The notes under the pieces are model-generated. The model was not told where the DNA came from, did not search any database, and worked only from the letters and a program-made list of their open reading frames with translations. From assembly GCA_964106645.2 (NCBI GenBank), contig OZ067039.1: DNA of 64,000 bases; one strand, written 5' to 3'. Source of the stretch: Podarcis pityusensis. Its lineage: Eukaryota. Below are positions 23,664-35,359 of this stretch, piece by piece. Within the stretch, counting starts at the first letter, position 1; every line of letters starts with the position of its first letter. A program made the position numbers and the translations under genes.

Positions 23664-24419
23664 TTTCTCTCCTTAATGCCTCCCGAGGGGGTGGGAAAGG
23701 CACACGCGACATGCAAGAAGGCACAGGCTGGAAGCTACTGCAACAGAGCTTCTTCTGTCTCCACAGGCAAGCTGCCTCTCTAGGCCGGGAAGGCCACTCC
23801 CAGGCTGGGTCAGGGCAAACTGCCTCGCTGAAGAAAAAGTGTGGAGATTGGGGAGCTGCGAGGGAAAGGAGGAGGGAAAGTAGAGCGGCACACAGATAAA
23901 GGAGCATTTGAGACTGTCCAGCAGATTAGCATGTCATGGGCAATTAAAGCTAGGCCCCTTGTGGGAGGCAGTGATTAGAGTCTGGCTTGAGTGAGCTTTG
24001 CTCTCCAGCAAGAGGGCTTTGACTTGAAAGGCCTGTAATTTGCCTTGACATTAAAGGCACGGAGGAAATCGCCCAAATGCTAGCAAGGGAGCTGAGTAAA
24101 AAGAGCGGTAATCTCTCGCAGTGCTTGCTGGCCTTTGGCACGGCGTGGCCACCCACCCACCACCCATTAAGCAAGGCATGTGCTCAGAGGCCTCTTCACG
24201 CTCCAAGGCCAGAAGGCGTCATGTGCACAGACCTCCCATGCCAGACTTGACAGGCCACTTCACCACTCCCCAGCTTTCCGCAGTTGCACCAACCAACTCT
24301 CCCTCCTTTGGGAACAGCCTGGACCTCAGATCTCTAAGGCCTCAGATCTTTAGAGCGCTTTGATACCACTTTAAACAGTCATGGCTTTTCTCCAAAGAAC
24401 TTTGGGTGCTGTGGTTTGT

Positions 24420-24740
24420 TAAAGTGTAAAGGCCCTCACTCGGTCTCCACCCTCATCGTTCAGCCCCGTCACTGAGGTCCAGCTCCTAGGGCCTTCTGGC
24501 AGTTTCCTCATTATGAGAAGCAAAGTTGCAGGGAAGCAGGCAGAGGGCCTTCTCGGTAGTGGCACCCTCTCTGTGGAACACCCTTCAGATGTCAAGGAGA
24601 TAAACAATCATACGAATTTTTGCAGACATCTGAAGGCAGCCCTGTTCTGGGAAGCTTTCACTGTTTGGTGTTTTGTTGTGTTCCTTTATACTTTGTTGGA
24701 TAAACCCAGTCAGATGTGTGGGGTACAAAAAAATAAAAGC
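24420..24740 (+). mobile_element. L2 LINE 3' fragment
   Basis: cagagggccttctcggtagtggcaccc..ctgtggaac..cagatgtcaagga..agacatctgaaggcagccctgtt. Confidence 0.75.
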
Positions 24741-25647
24741 TATCATCATCCTCACCAGTGTGCAGGGGTTCTGGGAAGCAGTTCTGAGCAACCCATCTCC
24801 AAAGAAAGTAAGCTACTGCTTTCTGATACCCTCTCATACAATTATCAGTGATATAGTCCACTCTTGGAAGTTACAAAGCAATGAGCTTTGGTTGATGTCT
24901 CTTATCGCCTCCCCTTAAGTGGACGACTATGAATCTGAGGACACTAAACAAAAGTAGGATACTGTTTCTCATTTTAATTAGGTTTTACTGAAATCCTTTA
25001 CATCTCTACTTAGAAGAAATCCCCATTCAATGGAGCTTATCCCCAGGTAAGAGGTTATATAGGATAACAGCTTTAAAACTCTGATGGTGTCTAAAAGAAT
25101 TAAGCAAATGACTGGTCCACCCCACTCTTTAAAAACGGAGCAGGAAGAACATACCAGGTGTTGGGATGTAGTCTTAGCATCTTCTTAGTTGTGTACCTTA
25201 AGAGCTCTGTATAGTTGCCATATTTCAAACAGTGAAAATCTGGACAGAAAAATTGTTGAGTTTTTTGGGAAAAGTTGTGGAGCTTTCATTGACAAAATCA
25301 CCATTTGTTAAGCTATTTTTATGGAAAATCGGCAAAAACAGCACTGCTGGCATGGGCTGCCATATGTCCAGATTTTCCAATTTCCACCCGGGCTGCAGTA
25401 TTTAGACTGCAGTATTCTGTATATCCCCTGCAACCCTACTTTTAGGCTTGTGAATCACATAATCCGTGCTCTGAGCTAATGTACAGTCTATATCCTGACT
25501 TCTTGCACAAAGCTTTCGGGTTTCCTTGAGCTGAGAGTCCGAGTACTGTGTCCGAGAGTGGGAGCCAGGACACCCACAAGGCTGCAAACGGCATCACCTT
25601 TGGGGGTTCGCTTTCTAGCTGCCAAACTAGTGAAGAGAAGTAGTTCT

Positions 25648-25664
25648 GTGCCATCTAGTGGCCA
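25648..25664 (-). promoter_or_regulatory. CTCF motif (reverse)
   Basis: Minus strand TGGCCACTAGATGGCAC, full consensus match. Confidence 0.7.
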
Positions 25665-26920
25665 GAATGCTGCACTGTTCCCCCAGTTTATCTTCAACAA
25701 GCTGTTTAATGTACAGAGATTGGAACATGGTCCTCGTGGACCATTTGGCCCACTTAGCTCTGTGTTGTCTAAACACTCTGGCAGTGGCTGTCCAGGGTTT
25801 TGAGACAGGGAAATTCCCAGGTCTACCTGGAGATTGAAGCTGGGACTTTCTGCAGACAAAGCACGTCCTCTGTCACTGAGCTACGGCCCTTTCAAAAAGG
25901 AATGGATTGAATTATAATGATTATCATGCTTGATTCTTCCATCCAGCTCTCATGTACAGTCTGGCTTTCACGACAACGCCAGTTTCTTTATCACACTCCC
26001 AACACGGAAGACCATTTCACGTGTCCATTTCCCCCAACCATGTGCGGTTGGGAAAAGCGTGCATTTTCCTGGGAACCATTAAAATGATGAAGTACCTGGT
26101 CTTCCCATTGCAGTAAGATGCAGGCCCCAGAAAGGAAGGAAATGAGCAGAGACGGCAGCAAGAGGTGCTACTGTGTGCACACTCCCATTTACTCCACATC
26201 CAGTGTGCTCCCACCTCTGGGTGTATACACCACATTTACTGTGATCCGTTTTTATTCTGTACCTATCCTGTTGTTTCTTATGAAGTTTAGTGCATTGATA
26301 TGTTTTCCCCCAAACCAGCTTTGATCCGAATTGAGTAGAAGAGCAACCCAGCTGTGTTTTAAGCTAGCAACTTGTGCACAGCCTACAGCTGCCTATTAGC
26401 CCGGACCCTTGGCTGTGTGGGCTGGGGCTGATTGTTGTCAGATTGCAATGGCATCTGGAAGTGCCCCATGCCAGCCACCTCTGATTTAACCCAAACAGGT
26501 ATAGCAGTGAGAGAGCAGGGACATCTTGGGGATAGTCCATCATCTAGTTAGGAAGAGGAACCTAAGAAAAGGAAAAGGGTATAGGAGGTACTATGCAACT
26601 CATGCAAACATATGCCAAAGGCTGCTTTACGACTTACAAGCAACAATCTTTTTTATTTATTTATTTAGACAAGAATACATTCACCCAGAAAGGTTCGATT
26701 CTAGGCTAGACGAAAAATCCACAGAACAGATCCAAGAAGGGGAGAGGGAAGACCCAAGCTGCAGCTTCTTATTCATTGCTTAAGGAAAAGGATCTAAGCC
26801 AGTCTTTATGCTGGGGGGCTTAAAAATTACTCTCTTTTTTGGGGTCTAGTCTCACTACAAAGGTTTTGGCTTGTTCTTCAAAAATGTTGAGATTCACAAG
26901 GTGTAGTGGCTTCTGTTTTA

Positions 26921-26934
26921 CCACTAGGGGGACG
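26921..26934 (+). promoter_or_regulatory. CTCF-like motif (forward)
   Basis: CCACTAGGGGGACG, with mismatches at the 3' end of the core. Confidence 0.45.
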
Positions 26935-27912
26935 CACAAATGATCCAATATGGTCATACCAAGTTGGGAAAACATCTAGCCCCCTCTTAGCCAACTTGAT
27001 CAGATTTCTCCCAAATTTCAGCCCTTGACATAAAGCCGCCTGGGGGACTCGTTGCTTCTTTCCTGCACATACAATAGAAAAACAAGAGTGAATAATGGGC
27101 AGTGACAAGGCAGGACATCTTTTTTTTCTCTCTCTCTCCCCACCCCGCCGTCCAATTTGTCTTCGAGGCTGACATAGGAAAAAACCCCAAATTGCCGCTC
27201 TCGCCTTGCACAGTTTTACCACAGTATCCTGAGAAGCATCTGGTGTGGAGCTGATAGCACAGGGGGGGTTCAGGCAGGAGCCCCAGCCGGAAGCCGAAGA
27301 GTTAGCAGCGGTTGGGGACCCACTGCTTCTGCCAGGACGTCAGACAGGAAACCTTACAATGGCTCTGAAGTGAAGGCTCTCTGGATCCCTGCCACTGTCT
27401 GTTCAGAGAGAGGCAGACACACCAGCCTCCCTGCCAGGGACAGCAGAAACCACTCAGAACCATTCCCCGAGGGCCATTTTGTGTGGCTCAACCAGCAAAC
27501 CATTGCGGCCATAGGAAGGCACTTTGGGTAGCTAGAATAGTAAGAATTACCCTCATTATTCCAGCCCATAATCCTTACCCTTATGTGCATAGTGACAGCC
27601 ATGTGCCAAGAACCCAAGAGCATCATGTAGCCTCTTCTCCACATGCCTAGGATATGCTCCTAAGCAGCTGCAGGCATGCGTAGCCTCCCGGGAGGCCTTC
27701 ATCCCATTACGAAAGTCTGTCCAAGTGAAACTTTGAGGAAACAGATCGTTGAAGCAAAATTGCATTCCCTTGAGTTCACCCACCCGCCTCCACTTATTTC
27801 TGAGACCAAGCTCCAATGTGCACCAGAGCCTTGAATGAGAGCACCAAATATGTGCCAGCAGAGCTCAGTGGGATACCCCTGTGTTGCCCACATATCTGTG
27901 TGGAGGAGGAAC

Positions 27913-27968
<56 letters not shown>
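27913..27968. repeat. (ATAG)n/(ACAG)n microsatellite
   Basis: Seen directly. Confidence 0.95.
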
Positions 27969-27969
<1 letters not shown>

Positions 27970-28294
27970 AAGAAAGGATCTCTGAATGGTTTCCTCTTTT
28001 TTTTAAAAAAAATGTTAAGGTGGTGCAGAATCCAAAATATCATGATGATGGCAGAGCACCATTGTGATGGATGGAGCCATTGCAATGGTTATTCCAACCT
28101 TCAGATCAAAGCACTTCGATGAACATTGTATTCACTTTTATGGAATGGGGCGAGTGTCTAAAACACTGAGAAGAACTGTTCCTTAAAAAGGCTGAAGGCA
28201 GGCATCTTGCTGTAGTGTTGCTTTAAGGCACTTACCTTGAATAAACCATTTTGTCAGAATGTCATCCAGGATTCCTACATGGCAAGCTTGCTGT

Positions 28295-28334
<40 letters not shown>
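28295..28334. repeat. (AGC)13 trinucleotide repeat, non-coding
   Basis: Seen directly. Confidence 0.95.
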
Positions 28335-28335
<1 letters not shown>

Positions 28336-29662
28336 AACAGACCATATTATGTTGTGAAGTCTAATACTGGAAAATGTATGAATGATCACCTGTCTCCTAA
28401 GTGTCTGTATGCATTTTCATCCATTTCCACCAGAAGTATTTGTCCTCTATTCTGTAAGCCTGAAACTCTATGTTAGGGGGTGTCAATATGGTCTCCTCCA
28501 GATGTTGTTGGACTACAGCTGCCATAAGCATACATGACCAACAATCTGAGATAATGGGAGTTGTAACTGAACAACTTCTGGACGGTATCATATTGTCTAT
28601 CACTGCTCTATATGACAGGGTAGATAGATACAAATCACTAAAAAACATGGGAAGTCAGTTTTTCCAGAGATACCTTTAACTGGTGCTAATCATGTCAAAA
28701 AGATTTCCATTAAAACATGTACAACTAAAAAGAACACATACCCCATTTCAGGATTGTTTCTTTTATATCATTTTTAAAGATAACTTTCTTTAAAGTCATT
28801 TTAGAAAATGGTTGCATAATTCACAACTTCTTTAATGGCTGATTTTGCTTATTTCCTGTGCATTAGGAATGTTAACTAGAAGTACAACACACACAAAATG
28901 GCACATATATTCTTTGCTTTCTTTTTAAAGATGACTAAGGGTTCAGAACTGCCCAGAAGAAAGAGCTGGGATTGTCTGGGTAAAATAATGTATTCCAATG
29001 AAATTATAAAGAAATGCCCACATCTAGGTTGAAGGTGAATATTCATAATATGACAAAAGCAAATTGATTCTGAATTTTCACAGAAAAGTAGCCTAGTAGT
29101 TCTACAGTTCGACAAGCCCCACTTTCACTGCAAGCAACTGGCTTTAAATTAACCATAGTGGGGCTGCCTCCTAGATTTCAGTGCAACCTATGCCACAACT
29201 AACATTAGCTGGGCTGTAGGCAATGTATACAGAGCCATGGTCTCAGTTTGAGAATTTGAATGATAGAATAAACATGCTTTAATTTTAACCAAATTACTTT
29301 TCTAAAGAGCCCTGCATTTAAAGGCAGAGAGAGAGAGGGTGGGATCGGTCATGTATCCTGATCATGTAAAAAATTCAGGAGGCAATCAGAAGTCAGAATC
29401 ATCATCATTTCAGCAGAATAAGTAACATTCATGTAAACAAAGAGTTGCTAGACTAGGCCAACAGTTGTCAACCTTTCTGGGCCTGTGGGCACATTCACAA
29501 ACTGGAGAAACTGTTGTGAGCACACACATCACAACAACCAAGCACACCGCACAACCTATTCTGTTGACTACAATAAAACGCTTCTTTCAAGCCGAATTTC
29601 AGAGGAGGAGACCCTCCTGAAAGACACCAGGGAAGGCTTCTGTGCCACACTGGCAACCCCAG

Positions 29663-29979
29663 CAGACCCCCCCCCCCCCAAGTGTCCCTATTCTCCAGGG
29701 ACAGTCACAGATTTACAGAATCCATCCTGGTATCTGATTTGATCCTGGAATTTCCCACTTTTCCTAGGACATCCTTATTTTCATTGGAGAAATATAGGAG
29801 GGTATGGAGTTATGCAACTCCTGAGCCAAGGACATAATAAGTAACTATACAACCTTTAGAAGACATTTGAAGGCAGCCCTGTTTTTTAAATGTTTAATTA
29901 TGTTTTTTGGGCAGGGTATTAATAATAATAAGGCATATGATGTCCTTATTTTCATCAGAGATGAACGTGTTAGTGTATG
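29663..29979. mobile_element. Non-autonomous DNA transposon with 6-bp TSD
   Basis: ccccag at 29657-29662 and 29980-29985; homologous (inverted) to element 61911-62660. Confidence 0.7.
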
Positions 29980-30816
29980 CCCCAGGCCTAGGAAGTCCAC
30001 AACAGTAAAGAAATTCAAAGCTTAGCATCGGAACCCTGCTCCTATTTCTGCTCTGATTTCAGAGATCCCTAAAACTACAAGCGCCCACTTGTCCCTTCTC
30101 ACCACAGTCAGGCGTCTGTGGTGAAAGAAGCCGAAGGGTCTTTCTCCATTTTCTCAGCCAGTGAACCAACTCTGCAGTTCTATGCACATGTACCTTGGGA
30201 GCAAGCCCCATTGGACATGGGGACTTTAAAGGTGAAACCTGGATCCAGGAGGGTTTATTTCAGTCATGGATGCACAGGGAGGGCACCTGTCTCTTATCCA
30301 CATATTCCTCAACTGTCACAAGAAAGCCAAAGTGGAATGGTTACAAAGAGAAGCAACCTAAATGTTCTACGAATCTCCATTTCACACATTCCTCCCTTCC
30401 CAGCTAATGGGAAGCTGCATTATAGCAGGTCAACCATTTTGTCCACTCACCACAGTATTGTCTAAATGGTCTGGCTTTCCATGGTCTCAGGCATCACCTA
30501 CTATCTGAGATCCTTTTAGCTGGAGATGCCAGGGGTTGAACCCAGGACATTCTGCATGCAAAGCAGGCGTCCTACACTCTCTCTTTCACCCTTCCATCTC
30601 CTCCATCGAGGCAAGCAAGAGGCATTATCAGAATCGAAGGTCACATTCTACTTAGTCAGTGAGAGTGCATAGCAGGGCTGATGAGGGGCGTGGCCTAGGG
30701 AGAGAGGGTGTGGCTTGGGGAAAGATGTGGCCTGAGGGCCAGACAGAGGCCTGGAGGACTGCATCTCCCCTAAATTATTCTATCCTCCTTGGGCTCTTCT
30801 CTTTCTTGGACTTTTG

Positions 30817-30870
<54 letters not shown>
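30817..30870. repeat. (CTTT)n microsatellite
   Basis: Seen directly. Confidence 0.95.
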
Positions 30871-30871
<1 letters not shown>

Positions 30872-30958
30872 CTCTCTATCTCCCACTGACATTAAGCAGG
30901 CTTCAGCTTTTGTTTTTTTTCCAGAGGTGAATCCCAAAACTAAATTCAGTATCCTGAC

Positions 30959-31370
30959 TAGTGATGGAAGGATCTGTCAGTTTCAATTCTCTTAGTTTCT
31001 CTTTTTCCCAATCTTAAATTCAGTTCTCCACATTTTGCAGCAATTTGGCATAAAAAAATCCCCATGAAAAAGTCAGCAGCATTTTAGTGCAAATTTCTCC
31101 CAATAAGCACATTTTTAAATGCAATTTTGACTAAAGTCCTTTTTTTTTTTTTGCAAGGAATTTCCACTAATACAATGCAATTTTGTAGGTTATTTTCACT
31201 AGTATCTTCATTTTAGGCACACTTCCCCCCAATACATGTATGGTTTAGAGAACGGAGACACAAAATTCAGAAGGATAGCTGTATTTTGGTTTGCACGTTG
31301 TCTTAAAAAGTGTGGATTTGATAGATTCAGCTTTAAATGCATACTGAATGAAAATTCTCTTCCATCCCTA
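30959..31370. mobile_element. AT-rich non-autonomous hAT element (degenerate relatives ~31970-32334, 33230-33672, 45360-45720, 60690-61120)
   Basis: TIR tagtgatggaag/cttccatcccta; 8-bp TSD atcctgac/gtcctgac. Confidence 0.75.
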
Positions 31371-33557
31371 GTCCTGACTTCTCACCTTCTTTGCAAAACC
31401 CCATCTCAAACCCTCTTTTCTTGTGTTTGTTTCCCCTGTGTGCCCCACAAATATCTCGCTCTGAAAATGGTAAAGGCAGAGCTCTTAATTGCCCAAACCT
31501 GCCGACTCCCACATTTCTGTCACCTTCAGAAACAGAAATAGTTATTTCTCCACAACAAGGAACCTTTGTCAATCTTTCAAGGTTGGAGACATATCTAGAA
31601 AACTGATACTTTCAATAATGGGAAAGCAACCATTGTACACTACTTCATTCCAGCATCCTTTGTTGTAACCTGAATACATAGAACTAGGAGAGGCTTCATA
31701 GTTTAATACCAACAAGCCAGCTCCCCCCCTCTCTGTCTCCTCACCCTGCTTTGCTTACCATCTAACTTTGGATCCACAAACTTTTGTCTGGGAGTAGAGA
31801 GAAGAATGATTGGGTTCCAATGCTGCCCTCATAGCTACAGAATCAAACCGAATTTTTGTACTTTGTTTCTCCCTCGCCTGCTTTGTCCTCAGATCCTTGA
31901 TGGAGAGTTCTGGAAAACCTGAAAACTAGTAGAAACATCTCACTGAGTGAGGCAATGGGGAGGCCAGCATAGTTTGCCACATTTCAGCTTGCATTAAAAA
32001 AGAAAGGAAGGAAGGAATGTTATCAGCATTTTAGTGTGAATTTTTCATAATATACACATTTTTTTAATGCAGTTTTGCCCAACCAATAGTTGGTTGCAAA
32101 GCAATTTTCCTGACTGTAATGCATTTTTGTATGCTACTTTCACTAAAGCATTTTTTCACCCTAGCCTGTGCATTTTTGTACACATAACATGGCGGGAGGA
32201 CTGCATCGCAAACTTTGGAGAAGTGGGGATTTCGAAGGGTGGCTGCCTTTTGGTTCACGTATCATTTCAGAAAGTGTTGATTTGGTGAAATTGCCTTTAA
32301 ATGTGAACTGACTCAAATTTCTCCCCCATCCCTAAGAGATTTCCTTCCCTTTCCTTTATTGTATTTCAATGCCACTTTTCATTCACGTGAGTCACAAAGC
32401 TGCTTACATAAAATAAATAACAACACAGTAGATCATCAATTACAACATAAATAATATAAAATAATTAACAAATCATCAGTAAAACAAATCCTTAATAAAA
32501 CAACCACCTTCTATAAAACACTGTTTTTTTAAAAACATAACATTAAAAAGAGTTTAAACAGCACAACCACAAGAAAAGTCATGTTATAAAATTCACAAAG
32601 CACTCATAATCCACAAAAAAATATTAACAACATTAATAAGCTAACGACTAAAAACAAACTAACTACAAATATGTCTTAACATATCTGCATTTTTAGTCTG
32701 CATGCTATTTTTTATGGAAGTGTGGTTTATCAGTATTTAAATAAGCAAACAAAAACGTATTCTCTAGGAACTATCTTCACGGAGGAAAAAGAAACCAACC
32801 CAATAACAGGAGAAACAAAGTACTAGAAGACATTAATTATCCTGGGTGTCTTGCTGGGACTTCTGGCTTACATGCAGCCCTGGCTGATAGAGCCAAGATG
32901 AAATTTACAATGTTTCATGTTTAAAGACACATATTCCGACACCCCCAATTCCCAAATACAGTAAATGTTTCTATACAGTGTGTTCTTACAGAGCCTCATT
33001 GTGAAGGAAAGAAGAATCATAGCCAGGATGTGTTAAATACACTTTCAAAAGCACCATCAGCCTCCTGCAGTGAGCCTTCACCTGCCCCCATTGCCATTAC
33101 ACCTTCAGTGAACTCTTCCCTTAACTTGGCGGCTCTGACTTGTGTTTCCAGCCTATGTTCTAAACCCTTCAGGTTCTGTAGAATGCTTACTACATCACTG
33201 CCACTGCATTTCACCATCTCTATAGTGATAACTAGGGAGGGGGAGAAATTTGGTTCAGATTGCATCAAGAAGTGAACCTACCTAATTCATGCATTCCAAA
33301 ACAATACAAGAGCCAAAAGGCAGCACCATCCTTAGACATTCGCACTGCTCTGAATGTTGCAATGTGGCCTTCCGGCCATGTATTGCGTGGATTGGGCAAA
33401 GTGTGCATAAAGATGCATGTATTAGTGGAATGATAACTTACACAGATGCACTATTCAGTGAAAATTGCTTTTTAGAAGTGCATCTATGAATCAAAACTGT
33501 ATATAAATGTGAAGAGGATTACTAATTCGCAATAAGATGTTGCTGAATTTTTGGGAA

Positions 33558-33560
<3 letters not shown>

Positions 33561-33601
<41 letters not shown>
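33561..33601. repeat. (TA)n microsatellite
   Basis: Seen directly. Confidence 0.95.
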
Positions 33602-33603
<2 letters not shown>

Positions 33604-34249
33604 TATCACAAACTGATATGGAGCTGTGGAGAACTGAACTGAAGAAAGAGACACTGACAGATCCACCCATCCCTTGTAATGACTTCACAAGGGGGAGCTG
33701 CAACAAAATGTTATGGCATGGAGGGCTTCAGGAACATAGGAAGTTGCCATTGGTCAGTACTGTCTACACTGGCAGTGGCTCTTCAGGGTTTCAGACAAAG
33801 GACATTCCTAGCCCTGCCTGAAAATGAAAGGGGTTGCATCTGACCTTCTACATGCTAGGCAGATGTTCTGCCACTGAGTTTCCATTTGGCCAGCCATGTT
33901 CTTTTTGTGGATACTTCATCCCCCTGTTTCCTACCCCATGTCAGTTAACATTCCATGCCCACTGTCCTTAGTGGGGTGTTTTTGGGTTGTCCTCCTGCTC
34001 CAAATGCCTCTTAATCTCATTTTCTGGGACTCACAAGCAGGGAGAGGGTTGTTGCTCTAAGGTCCCTCTTGCAGGCTTCCTATAGGTAGCTGGTTTGTCA
34101 CTTTGAGAAATGGATGCTGAAATAGACATGCCTCTGGCCTGATCTAGCAGGGCTTTTCTTATGTTCTTATGCCCCCTTAGGGATTATTCTTTCTCCTAAA
34201 GTCGGTGTGTGCACGCGCTTCTGCACATCTACGCTCTCACACCAAGCCT

Positions 34250-34510
34250 GCTGATACTTCCCTCTGATATGTGGATGTTTCTGTTTTGACTCAGTGAACG
34301 AGTTTTCTATATAGCTTCTCCCTTGGATTGTGGTTTGAACTTGGGTATCACACAGATCCTCGCATCTGGATAATTATCAGAACAGTTGCTGATGCTTCGT
34401 TTGTTGCATCTGGCGAACTAGGCTCCAGCCTACGAAATCTCATGTTGCAATAAACTCTCTATTCTTTAAGGATAACACCTTGCCCCAAAGTGTGCCTGCT
34501 ATTTCCTACT
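34250..34510. promoter_or_regulatory. Candidate haematopoietic enhancer (possible GATA2 distal enhancer orthologue)
   Basis: TGACTCA 34287, TGTGGTTT 34329, CATCTG 34363, palindromic GATAATTATC 34369, CAGTTG 34383, CATCTG 34407, ATGTTGCAAT 34442 and further GATA cores; non-repetitive; ~21 kb 3' of RPN1. Confidence 0.55.
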
Positions 34511-34806
34511 CGGTTGGTGTGTCTGCCCTACTCCCAATGTGTCTTGCTGCCCACATGGGGCTGCGGCATTACAATACAGCCTATATGCATAAAAGACGGC
34601 TGTGTGCAGGGCAGTTGCTTGCGGGGTCAACGCAAGGCCTGCAGCTCAATGGTAGAGCATCTGCTTTGCACACAGAAGCCCCCAAGTTAAACCCCTGGCA
34701 TCTCCAGCTAGGGCTGGGAAAGAATTCTGCCATGAAGCCCTGGAGAGCTGGTGGCATTCAGGGTAGGCAATACTGAAGAAGGTAGATCAATGTTCTGCTT
34801 TGGTAT

Positions 34807-34943
34807 CATGGGCGTAGTCAAGGGGGGCAGGAAGGGGCAGCTGTCCCTATCAATAAAAATCAATAACAAATACATAGCTAACTGAGGTTCTGCCCCCCCC
34901 AACAAAAGGCCTGCCCCCCCCCCAAATACTGGTTATGGCCATG
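34807..34943. mobile_element. hAT MITE inserted in a tRNA-SINE
   Basis: TIR catgggcgtag/ttatggccatg; TSD tttggtat/cttggtat; SINE tail resumes afterwards (cagcttcctat). Confidence 0.7.
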
Positions 34944-35345
34944 CTTGGTATGTCAGCTTCCTATTAAATCCAGTAACTGGCTCTGCAGTTTGGTCCTGTT
35001 TCAGTTGGATTTTATGCGTGTAGGCTGCATTCCAATGCTACGTCCCTTGCATGGACTTTGAGACACATTGGAAGTGGCACAAGCATATCAGGTGGGAATG
35101 GGAGACAGGTGTTCTCTTGGCTACCTCACATGTACGGGCTGAACCTGGGGAGAGGAATCATCTGATCTACCTTTTAAAAATGCATGGAATCGATCCTAAT
35201 GAATACCCTGCTTACTCCTTCCTCCCTCCCCCCCCAAAAAAGCCTTATGGGCAGATGTTTTGTATTAAGTAAATTCTGCCTCACTGTCCTGTTTCTGCGA
35301 TTTCACTCTCATAAGAAGGCTAGCTTTTGCCGTGAGGCCTGGCAG

Positions 35346-35359
35346 CCACTAGATGGCCA
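35346..35359 (+). promoter_or_regulatory. CTCF motif (forward)
   Basis: cagCCACTAGATGGCCA. Confidence 0.6.

Noticed and set aside
28295-28334. PolyQ/polyL coding tract
   Set aside because: No supporting exon context; a simple microsatellite.
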